Of a stretch of DNA of 28,525 bases, positions 1 to 8,812 are shown in pieces. The DNA comes from a virus (lineage: Duplodnaviria > Heunggongvirae > Uroviricota > Caudoviricetes). The notes below the pieces were generated by a model. That model had not been told where the DNA came from. It ran no database searches and saw nothing but the letters and a program-made list of their open reading frames with translations. Location of the stretch: the IMG/VR virus record IMGVR_UViG_643348547_000003, positions 1 through 28,525 of that record. The stretch is one strand, 5' to 3'. Each line of letters begins with the position of its first letter. Positions within the stretch are counted from its first letter, which is position 1. Both the position numbers and the translations under genes were made by a program.

Positions 1-891
1 TCAGGCTGCCAGATCATCGTTTCCGATGGAAGCATAATAAGCTTTTTCTGCTTCTGCCGGAGGAGTATGGCCCAGCCTTTCCAGCAATCGTCGATTGTTA
101 TACCAGTCCACCCACGTGAGTGTGGCCAGTTCCACTTCTGCACGGTTTTTCCAGCTCTTACGGTGTATTACCTCCGCTTTGTAAAGACCATTGATGCTCT
201 CCGCCATCGCGTTGTCATACGAGTCGCCTGTACTTCCTGTTGATGCCAGTAATCCGGCTTCCTTAAGCCGCTGTGTGTAGGCCAGCGATACATACTGAGA
301 ACCTTTATCACTGTGATGGACCGTGCCGGACGGTCGACGGGCCCATAACGCCTGCTCCAGTGCATCCAGCACGAATGTCGTTTCCATGGACGATGAGACC
401 CGCCACCCCACGATGTATCCGGCAAACACATCAATGATGAACGCCACATAGACGAAGCCCCGCCATGTGCTGACGTAAGTAAAATCAGCCACCCACAGCT
501 GGTCAGGTCGTTCTGCCACGAACTGACGGTTTACGCGGTCGCCTGCGGCAACGGCTTTCCGGCTGATGGTCGTACGGACCTTTTTACCCCGGAGAACACC
601 GGCAAGTCCCATAACCGCCATGAGACGTGCCACAGTGCATCTGGCCACTCTGATACCTTCCCGTAACAACTGACGCCAGACTTTACGCACACCGTATACC
701 TTGTGATTTTCATCGTATACGCGCTGTATCTCTTTCTTCAGCCAGTCATCGCGCTGCGCACGGGCACTGCGTTTATCCGGATGATGTCGCTGTTGCTGAC
801 AGTGGTAATACGTTGACGGGGCAATATGCAGTTCGCTGCATAGCGGTCCGACCCCGTACTGCTCACGCAGCTTATCCAGCAGTGGCATCAT
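1..891 (-). CDS. IS3-family transposase OrfB (DDE catalytic subunit)
   Basis: 296 aa with an integrase-core-like region (WVADFTYV...HSDKGSQY...[15 protein letters not shown]) typical of DDE transposases of the IS3 family. Overlaps orfA by 4 nt. Confidence 0.85.
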   Translation of the reverse strand: MMPLLDKLREQYGVGPLCSELHIAPSTYYHCQQQRHHPDKRSARAQRDDWLKKEIQRVYDENHKVYGVRKVWRQLLREGIRVARCTVARLMAVMGLAGVLRGKKVRTTISRKAVAAGDRVNRQFVAERPDQLWVADFTYVSTWRGFVYVAFIIDVFAGYIVGWRVSSSMETTFVLDALEQALWARRPSGTVHHSDKGSQYVSLAYTQRLKEAGLLASTGSTGDSYDNAMAESINGLYKAEVIHRKSWKNRAEVELATLTWVDWYNNRRLLERLGHTPPAEAEKAYYASIGNDDLAA

Positions 892-1214
892 TTTTTCCAG
901 AGGCGGTCGAACTCCGCCTTCGCAAAATAAGCGGAAGCCTGGCGAAGGATATCGTTACTGCGGCGCAGTTCACGATTTTCACGTTCCAGCTCTTTCAGAC
1001 GCTGACGTTCAGCGGTGGTGAGCCCTCCATCACCGCCCCCGGTATCCCGCTCATGCTGGCGAACCCAGACACGCAGAGTCTCCGGCGTACAGCCAATCTT
1101 TGGAGCAATGGAACAAATTGTCGCCCATTGTGAGTCATATTCGCTCTGACTTTCCAGAACCATACGGACTGCCCGTTGACGGACTTCGGGGGAAAAACGA
1201 GTATTTTTAGTCAT
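888..1214 (-). CDS. IS3-family transposase OrfA (HTH DNA-binding subunit)
   Basis: 108 aa, [19 protein letters not shown]..., with a C-terminal leucine-zipper-like region ([26 protein letters not shown]) typical of IS3 OrfA. Ends in an A-run overlapping the orfB start, consistent with a programmed -1 frameshift. Confidence 0.85.
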   Translation of the reverse strand: MTKNTRFSPEVRQRAVRMVLESQSEYDSQWATICSIAPKIGCTPETLRVWVRQHERDTGGGDGGLTTAERQRLKELERENRELRRSNDILRQASAYFAKAEFDRLWKK

Positions 1215-1268
1215 CCTGTTTACCTCTTTCTCAGGAAGTTTAGTCTCCAGGATTCCCGGGGCGGTTCA

Positions 1269-2180
1269 GATGCACTAAATTACTGGTATGAAAATTACTG
1301 TAAGGTGCGTCGTAAAACTCATGCTGTAACGCTTGGCAGATTTCGAAAGCATATCTTTCCCTATATCGGTCATTTGCCCGTAAATGACACTCACCTATAT
1401 GAATGGCTGGACTGTTTTGACCGAATTAAACGTAATGCACCAGTTATGGCGGCGTATGTTTTTTCTGACACTAAATTAGCTCTTCGTTTTTGTCGGGTAC
1501 GCCAGTACGCGACGTGTGATGCTTTAAAGGATTTGCGCATGAGTGATGTGGGGCAGATTGCAGGTAAGCGGGATCGGGTTCTGGATGAAGCCGAACTCGG
1601 CCAGCTCTGGAAGGCAATTTTTGTCGAGCCTGATTTAAAACTAATGTCTGAATACACGCGAAAAATGTTTGTGCTTTGTACAGTATTTGGATGTCGAATG
1701 AGTGAAGCCCGATTATCAGAATGGAGCGAATGGGATCTCGAAAGTTGGGTTTGGACTGTACCAAAAGATCACTCAAAAACTGGTGTTGAAATCGTCAGAC
1801 CAGTACCTGAAATTCTACGACAGTGGGTAACGGATGTTCACGAAGAGACAAAACATACTGGTTATGTGCTGGGAAGTCTGCGAATTAGAGAAAGCGTAAG
1901 CAAGATTGGGGGGAAAATCGGTAAACGTTTGGGCCATGAAAAACAATGGTCACTACACGACCTTAGAAGAACGCTATCTACTCATCTAAGTGATCTCGGT
2001 GTTGAATTTTATGTAGTAGAACAACTGTTAGGCCATGCGCTACCTGGCGTGGCAGGTGTTTACAACCGGAGTAAGTTTATGGCTAAAAAACTGGATGCTC
2101 TGGAACTCTGGACTACATATCTCAATAGCATCGCAGGTGCTGATTCAAAAGTGACGATCCTCAAACAAAAGGTTGGTTAA
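1269..2180 (+). pseudogene. int: P4-type tyrosine integrase, 5' end interrupted by the IS insertion
   Basis: The reading frame continues directly from the IS end at 1269 (DALNYWYENY...). The C-terminal catalytic region has tyrosine-recombinase motifs (HDLRRT, LGHA, VYNRS). The N-terminal portion must lie beyond the IS, outside the window; the ORF-track start at 1176 lies inside IS sequence and is an artefact. Confidence 0.8.
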
Positions 2181-2181
2181 C

Positions 2182-2409
2182 ATGAAAAAAATGGCAATTG
2201 TTGATAAAAAGGGTCTGGAGTACATTCCTAACATTGACCGAATGATCCGTGAGAAAGAATGTCGGGAGCTAACCACTCTTGCGAACAGCACACGCTGGAA
2301 GCTGGAGAAGGAAGGAAAATTTCCTAAGCGGATCAAGATTGGTTCCACTGCTGTTGCATATCGTCTTTCAGAAGTGCAGGCATGGATTCGAGGTGAGTGG
2401 GTAGTTTAA
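2182..2409 (+). CDS. alpA: AlpA-family (Phage_AlpA, HTH) regulator or excisionase-like protein
   Basis: About 75 aa with an AlpA-like pattern (TTLANSTRWKLEKEGKFPKRIKIGSTAVAYRLSEVQAWI). Sits immediately downstream of int, as in P4-like and PICI elements. The track start at 2173 is TTG; the ATG at 2182 is preferred. Confidence 0.7.
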   Translation: MKKMAIVDKKGLEYIPNIDRMIREKECRELTTLANSTRWKLEKEGKFPKRIKIGSTAVAYRLSEVQAWIRGEWVV

Positions 2410-2434
2410 ATTATCTCAGAATAAAATATTATGA

Positions 2435-2470
2435 ATTACTGATTTGAGAATTTGTACTCAAATCAGTAAT
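2435..2470. terminator. Perfect 14-bp inverted repeat hairpin between convergent genes (putative bidirectional terminator)
   Basis: ATTACTGATTTGAG (2435..2448), 8-nt loop, CTCAAATCAGTAAT (2457..2470). Lies between the alpA stop (2409) and the stop of the minus-strand gene (2479). Confidence 0.45.
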
Positions 2471-2478
2471 AACATTCT

Positions 2479-3015
2479 TTATAAGAGATTAAATCCAAAT
2501 AAAGAGTAATCATATACCGGGGTGCATTGCATTCCACTGAATATGCTGATGTTTTTTTCTGTTTCTATCCTTTTTTCAATAAGTTGTTGTATATTTTTAC
2601 AGTACAATTTGTGTGTGATGTTATTATCGTAAGCCTGATATAGCAACGTCAATGTTGACGCTAGGAAACATACAGATAAAATTAAAATAATATATGCAGT
2701 TTTTTTATTTTTTGTCCATGATCTATTTGTTTGTGAAATATAAAGAATTCTGAGGTGGATAATGGTGAGAGACAATAGCAGGCCACTCAATAAAATAAGT
2801 ATTGGGTTTGCGTATTTTATTAATGGTTGAGAGCAAAAAACTATTATAGCTCCTGTGACTGCGTATGAGAAAAAGGAGTAATTAAACTTCTTACTCCTTC
2901 TCTCAAGTATTTTAATTTCATCTTGTGTGGGGGTTTTAGATGCCTCTAATATAAGTTTATTGAATGTTTCTGTTATCTTGTTTTTTGTGTTTGTGGCTAT
3001 TTTTTTTAGATTCAT
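2479..3015 (-). CDS. Hypothetical small membrane protein (about 3 predicted TM helices) in an AT-rich cargo segment
   Basis: 178-aa ORF in a strongly AT-rich stretch (about 2410..3330). Hydrophilic N-terminus followed by three hydrophobic segments (AVTGAIIVFCSQPLI, ILILLSGLLLSLTIIHL, AYIILILSVCFLASTLTLL). No family recognised. Confidence 0.6.
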   Translation of the reverse strand: MNLKKIATNTKNKITETFNKLILEASKTPTQDEIKILERRSKKFNYSFFSYAVTGAIIVFCSQPLIKYANPILILLSGLLLSLTIIHLRILYISQTNRSWTKNKKTAYIILILSVCFLASTLTLLYQAYDNNITHKLYCKNIQQLIEKRIETEKNISIFSGMQCTPVYDYSLFGFNLL

Positions 3016-3365
3016 AGCATTCTAACTCCCTTAACTTATTTATTACTTTCTCTTTATGATAAGAGAGGGGAATGACTTGGTAAAGTGATTTGTCATTAAT
3101 AATGATAATCCTTGCGATAAATATTTCTGCAAGTTATTTATCTGTTTGTTGCTATCTTGTTAAGCGTTGGGTGTGGTTTATATTTGGAGCGACTTTATTT
3201 AATCGTGATTTTATGGATTTATATTTATATCCTGTAAGATAAGCGCATGTTAGTTTAGGAGTAGTGTCAGATAAAATTATTCGGAGTAGAACTACCTTTT
3301 CTGTTTATTGCCAGTATTTACATAGCAATGCGCCGTAGTTACTCACATCACGGCGCTGATACTAA

Positions 3366-3668
3366 TTATTCAGATTCTTTGGCTTTACGCCGCTGGAGTT
3401 CTTCACGAGCGACGGCTACGAGTTGCCCGATTTCCTCCGCTGCCTTGATGCCGATTTGTTCGACCTTAGCTAAGGCATCCAGTGAAGACACGAGGGGATT
3501 TTCTCCGCTTCCTTCTGCCTGGCGGCGGGCGATCTCACCGCGCATGGCGGTTACTATGAATCCGGCGTTGCTTTCGCCGTCCAGTTTTACGGATTCCATG
3601 CCCTCCATAACATCGTGGGGAACCCTGATCGTTGTCATTTGCGATTTTGCATTTTTGTATACAGACAT
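3366..3668 (-). CDS. Putative ribbon-helix-helix (Arc/CopG-like) transcriptional regulator
   Basis: 100 aa. The N-terminal segment TTIRVPHDVMEGMESVKLDGESNAGFIVTAMRGEI fits a beta-strand plus two-helix RHH pattern. Transcribed divergently from the replication-side genes, with an operator-like repeat array in between. Confidence 0.55.
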   Translation of the reverse strand: MSVYKNAKSQMTTIRVPHDVMEGMESVKLDGESNAGFIVTAMRGEIARRQAEGSGENPLVSSLDALAKVEQIGIKAAEEIGQLVAVAREELQRRKAKESE

Positions 3669-3688
3669 AGTTAATCACCAATTTGTTA

Positions 3689-3790
3689 TGTGTATATCAC
3701 TATACACAAAAGTGAGATATAAAAACACTTGCAATGTATATCACCACAATATAATGTATATCTCACATTATGGTCGCTATGTATCTCACA
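3689..3790. promoter_or_regulatory. Divergent promoter/operator region with repeated TGTATATC(T)CAC motifs
   Basis: Palindrome TGTGTATA-TCAC-TATACACA at 3689..3708. Related motif copies at 3712..3721 (reverse orientation), 3734..3744, 3754..3767 and 3779..3790. Located between the divergent genes 3366..3668 (minus) and 3877..4242 (plus). Confidence 0.5.
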
Positions 3791-3876
3791 ATGATCGATT
3801 CATAAAAACGACGAAACCCGGCAGTGCGCGAACACTAACCGGGCTTCTAACCAAACCGTTAAACGAGGTAACTATT

Positions 3877-4242
3877 ATGGCTGGAACACAGCATACCCAA
3901 ACTCACCCTAAATTTATATACATCTTTCTGGCGCTACATCGCGATCGCATAGCAGATGGAGCAACTACGGTACATGTAGCCGCTGACACGCTGGTTGATG
4001 CCCGCAAGATGGTTAAGGAGATGGGCTATACTGCGGCTTTCTGGAAAGGGCGGGAAGAAAACACGCTGTTTATTCAGAAATGTGAAAACAATTTCCTCTG
4101 GCGTTTTATCGCCCTGAGTACGACACAACCGCGCGTGATTACCATCGAGGCCACCAGCGAACAGGAAGCCCGCCAGCAATCCCCAACTGGCTGCGTGATG
4201 ATATTCGCCGCCCGTATTCGTCAGGAGGTGTGCCATGAATGA
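3877..4242 (+). CDS. Hypothetical protein (first gene of the rightward operon)
   Basis: 121 aa, ATG at 3877 preceded by GAGG. This is the 3' portion of the long track ORF 3328..4242, whose upstream part is antisense to the RHH gene. No family assigned. Confidence 0.6.
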   Translation: MAGTQHTQTHPKFIYIFLALHRDRIADGATTVHVAADTLVDARKMVKEMGYTAAFWKGREENTLFIQKCENNFLWRFIALSTTQPRVITIEATSEQEARQQSPTGCVMIFAARIRQEVCHE

Positions 4243-4459
4243 TCTTTATTTTAAAGTGCTGACACATGCTGAAAACGCGCTCGTTTGTGGCAAAAATATG
4301 CGAGAAATCTTATCAACCTGGCTTGATGGGACAACAAATGCGGAACACGATGAACGGGATGCTAATTTAGCTGGAGCGTTAATTACGTTACTTGATCCTG
4401 TCATCAAAGAGCTGGATGAAGCTATAAAAATACACGACCAGAGCTATACCGAAGAATAA
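4235..4459 (+). CDS. Hypothetical protein
   Basis: 74 aa. Start overlaps the upstream stop; AGGAGG six nt upstream of the ATG. Confidence 0.5.
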   Translation: MNDLYFKVLTHAENALVCGKNMREILSTWLDGTTNAEHDERDANLAGALITLLDPVIKELDEAIKIHDQSYTEE

Positions 4460-4461
4460 AA

Positions 4462-4749
4462 ATGAAAAATAAATTTTCTGGCTTTATTGCCAGCGGTCAA
4501 GCTCATTCAAAAATCAGCCTTGGGGATATTTTCAAAGATAGCTATGGCTATCGGGTAAAGATTATTTCGGTTGATGATCGCCGTGTCTCTTATTTGCGTG
4601 ATGGTTATGATTTTGAATGTGTTATGCCGCGTCAGCAGTTCGAAAGAGATTTCATTCTGGTAAAAAATTGCAAGACAGATAATCAGAGGCGTGCCGCAGG
4701 CTATATCCGCAAAATTCGGGCAATGTTAGTTGCCGGAGGTAATAAATGA
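4462..4749 (+). CDS. Hypothetical small protein (possibly DUF4222-like; uncertain)
   Basis: 95 aa, tightly packed in the operon. The segment YRVKIISVDDRRVSYLRDGYDFECVMPRQQFERDFILV resembles what I recall of small conserved satellite/prophage proteins, but no search was run. Confidence 0.5.
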   Translation: MKNKFSGFIASGQAHSKISLGDIFKDSYGYRVKIISVDDRRVSYLRDGYDFECVMPRQQFERDFILVKNCKTDNQRRAAGYIRKIRAMLVAGGNK

Positions 4750-4928
4750 AACGTGCTCCGAACTTAAAATACCAACCGCGCGACAAAATGACAGAAGTCA
4801 TCATTTTTGCTGGCAGTGATGCCTAGAGCCATGCAAAAGAATGGAATGAATGGGCGGGTAAGCATATTGCAGCAGATGATACACCACCAGTAATTCTGGG
4901 TACGGAACAACTGGAAAACCTGGATGAT

Positions 4929-6566
4929 ATGCAAATTATCGATGAAGGCCGTCATTATGTGCGTGTTTATCGTGCCGGAAAGATTGCAGAGAAAAATCTG
5001 ACGAAGGTTGCGACATTACTTGCTATTGCAGGCGTAAAGGAAGCACGTTGTTACCGTAGCTTTGTTGATCGAGAGCCTGAAGACTGGACTCCGCGCCTTG
5101 TCGGCCTAAAAGCTGAAGCGGAGCATGGGGAAAGTCTGGTGATTGAACTGCCAGTGAAGAAGGCTGAGCGCAAAAATGACGAGCGTGCTTCATCTTTGGC
5201 GTTGAATCAGATGGGGGCCAGCCAGCGCGGTGAAGTTCTCCTTGCACATTACGGCGGCGAACTGGCAATCAATGCCGACTCTGACACCGTTCATCATTAC
5301 AACGGCGTTGTATGGGAGCCGGTTCAGGATAAAGAGTTACAGCGTGCTATGGCGCAGATTTTCATTGATGCGGAGATCAGCTATTCGCAGAACGCTATTA
5401 AATCGGCGGTAGATACCATGAAGTTAAGTTTGCCTGTAATGGGGAATACAGCCCGTAACCTGATTGGATTCAGTAACGGGGTATTTGATACCAGAACTGG
5501 TAATTTTCGGGAGCATAACAAAAACGACTGGTTGTTAATTGCCAGTGAATTACCTTTCAGCCCACCAGCAGAGGGGGAAACGCTGGCAACACATGCGCCG
5601 AATTTCTGGAAGTGGTTGCGCCGTTCGGTGGCTGAGAATGACCGCAAGGCAGATCGCGTACTGGCGGCATTATTCATGGTGCTGGCGAACCGGTACGACT
5701 GGCAGTTATTCATTGAGGTAACAGGGCCGGGGGGAAGTGGTAAAAGTGTGATGGCGGAGATTTGCACCATGCTGGCGGGTAAGGCTAATACAGTATCAGC
5801 AAGCATGAAGGCGCTGGAAGATGCAAGGGAACGTGCGTTAGTGGTTGGCTTTTCGCTGATTATCATGCCGGATATGACCCGCTACGCTGGTGATGGGGCA
5901 GGGATTAAGGCCATTACAGGCGGTGACAAGGTGGCAATTGACCCGAAACACAAAGCCCCCTATTCAACGCGTATTCCGGCAGTAGTGCTGGCGGTTAACA
6001 ATAACGCCATGTCATTCAGTGACCGCAGCGGGGGGATCTCACGTCGTCGGGTGATATTCAATTTTTCGGAAGTTGTACCGGAGAACGAACGCGATTCGAT
6101 GCTGGCGGAAAAAATAGAAGGTGAGCTGGCGGTAGTGATTCGTCATCTGCTTACAAGGTTTGCTGATCAGGACGAAGCCAGACGCCTGTTATATGAGCAG
6201 CAGAAATCTGAAGAAGCACTGGCGATAAAGCGAGAGGGGGATTCGCTGGTGGACTTCTGCGGTTATCTCATGGCATCGGTAATGTGTGATGGCCTGTTAG
6301 TGGGTAATGCTGAAATTGTGCCATTCAGCCCACGCAGGTATCTCTATCATGCCTATCTGGCTTATATGAGGGCACATGGGTTTGGTAAACCTGTAACACT
6401 GACGCGCTTCGGTAAAGATATGCCGGGGGCAATGGCGGAATATGGCAGGGAGTATATGAAACGGAAAACGAAGCACGGTTTGCGTTCAAACGTGACCCTG
6501 ACGGAGGAATCAGAAGACTGGATGCCATCATGTGTATCGGTCACTAATGACGATAGCAAAAATTAA
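4929..6566 (+). CDS. Replication protein, P4 alpha C-terminal / D5-like SF3 helicase-NTPase family
   Basis: 545 aa. Walker A motif VTGPGGSGKSV, Walker B-like LIIMPDMT, and a D5_N-like region (VVWEPVQDKELQRAMAQIFID). No obvious toprim primase domain. Immediately followed by an iteron array. Confidence 0.8.
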   Translation: MQIIDEGRHYVRVYRAGKIAEKNLTKVATLLAIAGVKEARCYRSFVDREPEDWTPRLVGLKAEAEHGESLVIELPVKKAERKNDERASSLALNQMGASQRGEVLLAHYGGELAINADSDTVHHYNGVVWEPVQDKELQRAMAQIFIDAEISYSQNAIKSAVDTMKLSLPVMGNTARNLIGFSNGVFDTRTGNFREHNKNDWLLIASELPFSPPAEGETLATHAPNFWKWLRRSVAENDRKADRVLAALFMVLANRYDWQLFIEVTGPGGSGKSVMAEICTMLAGKANTVSASMKALEDARERALVVGFSLIIMPDMTRYAGDGAGIKAITGGDKVAIDPKHKAPYSTRIPAVVLAVNNNAMSFSDRSGGISRRRVIFNFSEVVPENERDSMLAEKIEGELAVVIRHLLTRFADQDEARRLLYEQQKSEEALAIKREGDSLVDFCGYLMASVMCDGLLVGNAEIVPFSPRRYLYHAYLAYMRAHGFGKPVTLTRFGKDMPGAMAEYGREYMKRKTKHGLRSNVTLTEESEDWMPSCVSVTNDDSKN

Positions 6567-6580
6567 ACTTATGGAATAAC

Positions 6581-6801
6581 TGTTCACCACTGTTCACCCT
6601 GTCATAAATATCTTTTATATCAGTATATTATAGGGTGAACAGTTATTTATGAACTGTTCACCAAACTATTCACTGTTCACCTTTTTGATTGTTTATTGAG
6701 CTTCAAGGGTGAACAGTGGTGAACAGTTGGTGAATAGTTTTTGTGAAACTGTTCACCCATTAACATTATGAATTAAAAGAGAAAATATCAAAAGGTGAAC
6801 A
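6581..6801. repeat. Iteron array (putative satellite replication origin): about 9 copies of TGTTCACC / GGTGAACA
   Basis: TGTTCACC at 6581, 6591, 6655, 6674 and 6750. Reverse-orientation GGTGAACA at 6634, 6708, 6718 and 6794. This octamer is the iteron I recall from the P4 ori and crr, bound by the alpha protein. Confidence 0.7.
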
Positions 6802-6853
6802 GGTGAAGGGTTAAAACGCAAAAATTTTAATTTACTGCTGTGAGATAAAGCCT

Positions 6854-7099
6854 ATGACAGCGAAGCACACAAAAAAATCACAATCGCACGCCCTTGATTT
6901 GACGGAACACTGGTTAAGGGTGTCGATAAAAATCATCGACCGCAACGCCGGGGAAGGATACGCGAAAGCACATCCCGAACTGATTAGCGCATTCATGACA
7001 ACGGCGGCTGCAAACTTTGCCACTCTGACCGAACGGGAGATTGCTGAAGCGGAGGAAGTGACAACAATCAATATTAAGTCCGGAGAGCAGGCAGCATGA
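6854..7099 (+). CDS. Hypothetical protein
   Basis: 81 aa. Stop overlaps the start of the SSB-like gene (ATGA). Weak ribosome-binding site. Confidence 0.45.
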   Translation: MTAKHTKKSQSHALDLTEHWLRVSIKIIDRNAGEGYAKAHPELISAFMTTAAANFATLTEREIAEAEEVTTINIKSGEQAA

Positions 7100-7545
7100 C
7101 GGCGCAAATATCAGTTTACGGGCGGTTGGTGGACGACCCGCAGACAAAACAGACCAGCAAGGGCACCCCCATGACGCTGGCGCGTATGGCGGTATCACTG
7201 CCCTGCAGTCAGTCGGATGACGGTCAGGCGACGATGTGGTTATCTGTCCTGGCGTTTGGCAGACAAGCCGACGCGCTGGCAAAGCATCACAAAGGCGAAC
7301 TCCTGAGCGTGGCGGGTAATATGCAGGTGAGCCAGTGGACTGGACAGAACGGTGAAACGCGGCAGGGCTGGCAGGTTATCGCAGACAGCGTAATCAGTGC
7401 GCGAACGGTGCGACCGGGCGGCAAAAAAGGTCAACAGGGTCAGGCTACTGACGCACTGAACAGAGCAAAACAACAGGCAGATCAGCAAGGAAGCCATCCA
7501 CCAGTGGGAGATAATGAGCAATGGGGAGATGATATTCCGTTTTAA
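7096..7545 (+). CDS. Single-stranded DNA-binding protein (SSB-like)
   Basis: 149 aa. N-terminal OB-fold-like region, a Gly/Gln-rich linker and a C-terminal acidic tail ending DDIPF, the hallmark of the bacterial SSB C-terminus. Confidence 0.7.
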   Translation: MTAQISVYGRLVDDPQTKQTSKGTPMTLARMAVSLPCSQSDDGQATMWLSVLAFGRQADALAKHHKGELLSVAGNMQVSQWTGQNGETRQGWQVIADSVISARTVRPGGKKGQQGQATDALNRAKQQADQQGSHPPVGDNEQWGDDIPF

Positions 7546-7563
7546 ATATTGCCAATAAAAAAG

Positions 7564-7588
7564 GCCGGAAAAAAATAAATTTTCCGGC
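7564..7588 (+). terminator. Stem-loop downstream of the SSB-like gene (weak terminator candidate)
   Basis: GCCGGAAAA (7564..7572), 7-nt loop, TTTTCCGGC (7580..7588). No clear 3' U-tract. Confidence 0.35.
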
Positions 7589-7762
7589 ATGCTACATAAA
7601 TCCCGACCAAAGGGAGTGAAGATATTAACACTAATTATCCGCGCTGGAGTTGTTATCCCAAAACTTTATACAACATTGCACTCGGTTGCATGTATTCGCA
7701 TGACAAATATCGGTGATAGCATATATCCACAATTATTTTTAATGAATGCAAAGAGGATGCGT

Positions 7763-8803
7763 ATGGTTGATTTATATTCGCCTACCCAGCTTGTACAGGT
7801 GGTTAATGCTGTAGATGTACAAAAACAACTAAATGCGTTGTTTACCAGTTTGTTTTTTACTCGCTCGGTAATGTTTGAATCGCGCGATATTATTCTTGAT
7901 ACAATCGACGATCCAAATATCCCAATTGCAGCGTTTTGTTCTCCTATGGTAGGTAGTAAAGTTTCACGTGACGAAGGGTACGAATCAAAAACAATTCGTC
8001 CAGGCTATATGAAGCCGAAAAGCAGCATTGATCCAAATAAGTTAGCTGTGCGCCCTGCTGGTGTATCACCTGAGCAATACAATGCTTTTGGAGCGCGTAA
8101 TATTAAAGTTAAACAGGCGATTGTAAATCAGGCTAAAGCTATTCGTGCACGTATTGAATGGTTTGCCGTTCAGGCAATCACAACGGGGAAAAATATCATT
8201 GAGGGCGATGGTATTGAACGTTATGAGCTGGACTGGAATATAAAACCACAAAATATCATCACTCAGTCTGGCGGTACTGAGTGGTCAGGTAAGGATAAAG
8301 AAACTTTTGATCCAAATGATGATATTGAGAGCTACGCAGAATTTAGTGAGGGCGTCACTAATATCATCATTATGGGCGGTAATGTATGGAAGAAATACCG
8401 TTCATTCAGAGCGATAAAAGAGGCTCTGGATACCCGTCGTGGTTCTAATTCCGAACTGGAAACGGCCCTTAAAGACCTTGGTGATTCGGTGAGTTTTAAA
8501 GGGTATATGGGCGATGTTGCGATTGTTGTATACAGCGGGCGTTATACCGACGAGGACGGAACTGAAAAACATTTCCTTGATCCTGATTTGATGGTGCTTG
8601 GCAATACGGCTCTTCAGGGGATTGTCGCCTATGGCGGTATTCAGGATCCGGAGCTAATCCGAATGGGGCTGACTAAAGCCGAACTTGCACCGAAAAACTA
8701 TATTGTGCCTGGTGATCCGGCTATTGAATATGTGCAGACACATTCAGCACCACAGCCAATACCGGCCCGCATCAATCGTTTTGTTACCGTTCGCATTGGC
8801 TAA
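7763..8803 (+). CDS. Major capsid protein, phage lambda gpE family (divergent homolog)
   Basis: 346 aa from the ATG at 7763 (AAGAGGA five nt upstream). Alignable along its length to lambda gpE, with shared motifs NIITQSGGTEWS, DTRRGSNSELETA and GDVAIVVYSG. The 5' extension of the track ORF (7589..7762) is probably untranslated. Confidence 0.85.
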   Translation: MVDLYSPTQLVQVVNAVDVQKQLNALFTSLFFTRSVMFESRDIILDTIDDPNIPIAAFCSPMVGSKVSRDEGYESKTIRPGYMKPKSSIDPNKLAVRPAGVSPEQYNAFGARNIKVKQAIVNQAKAIRARIEWFAVQAITTGKNIIEGDGIERYELDWNIKPQNIITQSGGTEWSGKDKETFDPNDDIESYAEFSEGVTNIIIMGGNVWKKYRSFRAIKEALDTRRGSNSELETALKDLGDSVSFKGYMGDVAIVVYSGRYTDEDGTEKHFLDPDLMVLGNTALQGIVAYGGIQDPELIRMGLTKAELAPKNYIVPGDPAIEYVQTHSAPQPIPARINRFVTVRIG

Positions 8804-8812
8804 GGGGGAGCA

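Larger units (their letters stand above)
1..1268 (-). mobile_element. IS3-family insertion sequence (IS629/IS1203-like), truncated at the window edge; carries orfA and orfB
   Basis: Two overlapping minus-strand ORFs (888..1214 and 1..891) typical of IS3-family orfA/orfB. The sequence 1215..1268 reads, in reverse complement, TGAACCGCCCCGGGAATCCTGGAGACTAAAC..., which matches my recollection of the IS629 terminal inverted repeat. The orfB stop codon is at 1..3, so the other inverted repeat lies outside the window. Confidence 0.85.

Noticed and set aside
1176-1268. Track ORF start for the integrase at 1176
   Set aside because: These codons lie inside the IS terminal inverted repeat and overlap orfA on the opposite strand. 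The true integrase N-terminus is displaced beyond the IS.
3328-3876. 5' portion of the 304-aa track ORF 3328..4242
   Set aside because: It runs antisense through the RHH regulator gene and the operator region. Only the 3' segment from the ATG at 3877, with its ribosome-binding site, is a plausible gene.
7590-7760. Possible helper-activated late promoter upstream of the capsid gene (TGT...ACA dyad)
   Set aside because: The dyad spacing does not match the TGT-N12-ACA site of P2 Ogr/P4 Delta-type activators and no clear -10/-35 could be assigned by eye. Left as a possibility, not annotated.
7589-7762. N-terminal extension of the capsid ORF (track start 7589)
   Set aside because: Homology to gpE begins at the Met at 7763, which has a strong SD. 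The extension overlaps a hairpin and probable promoter sequence.
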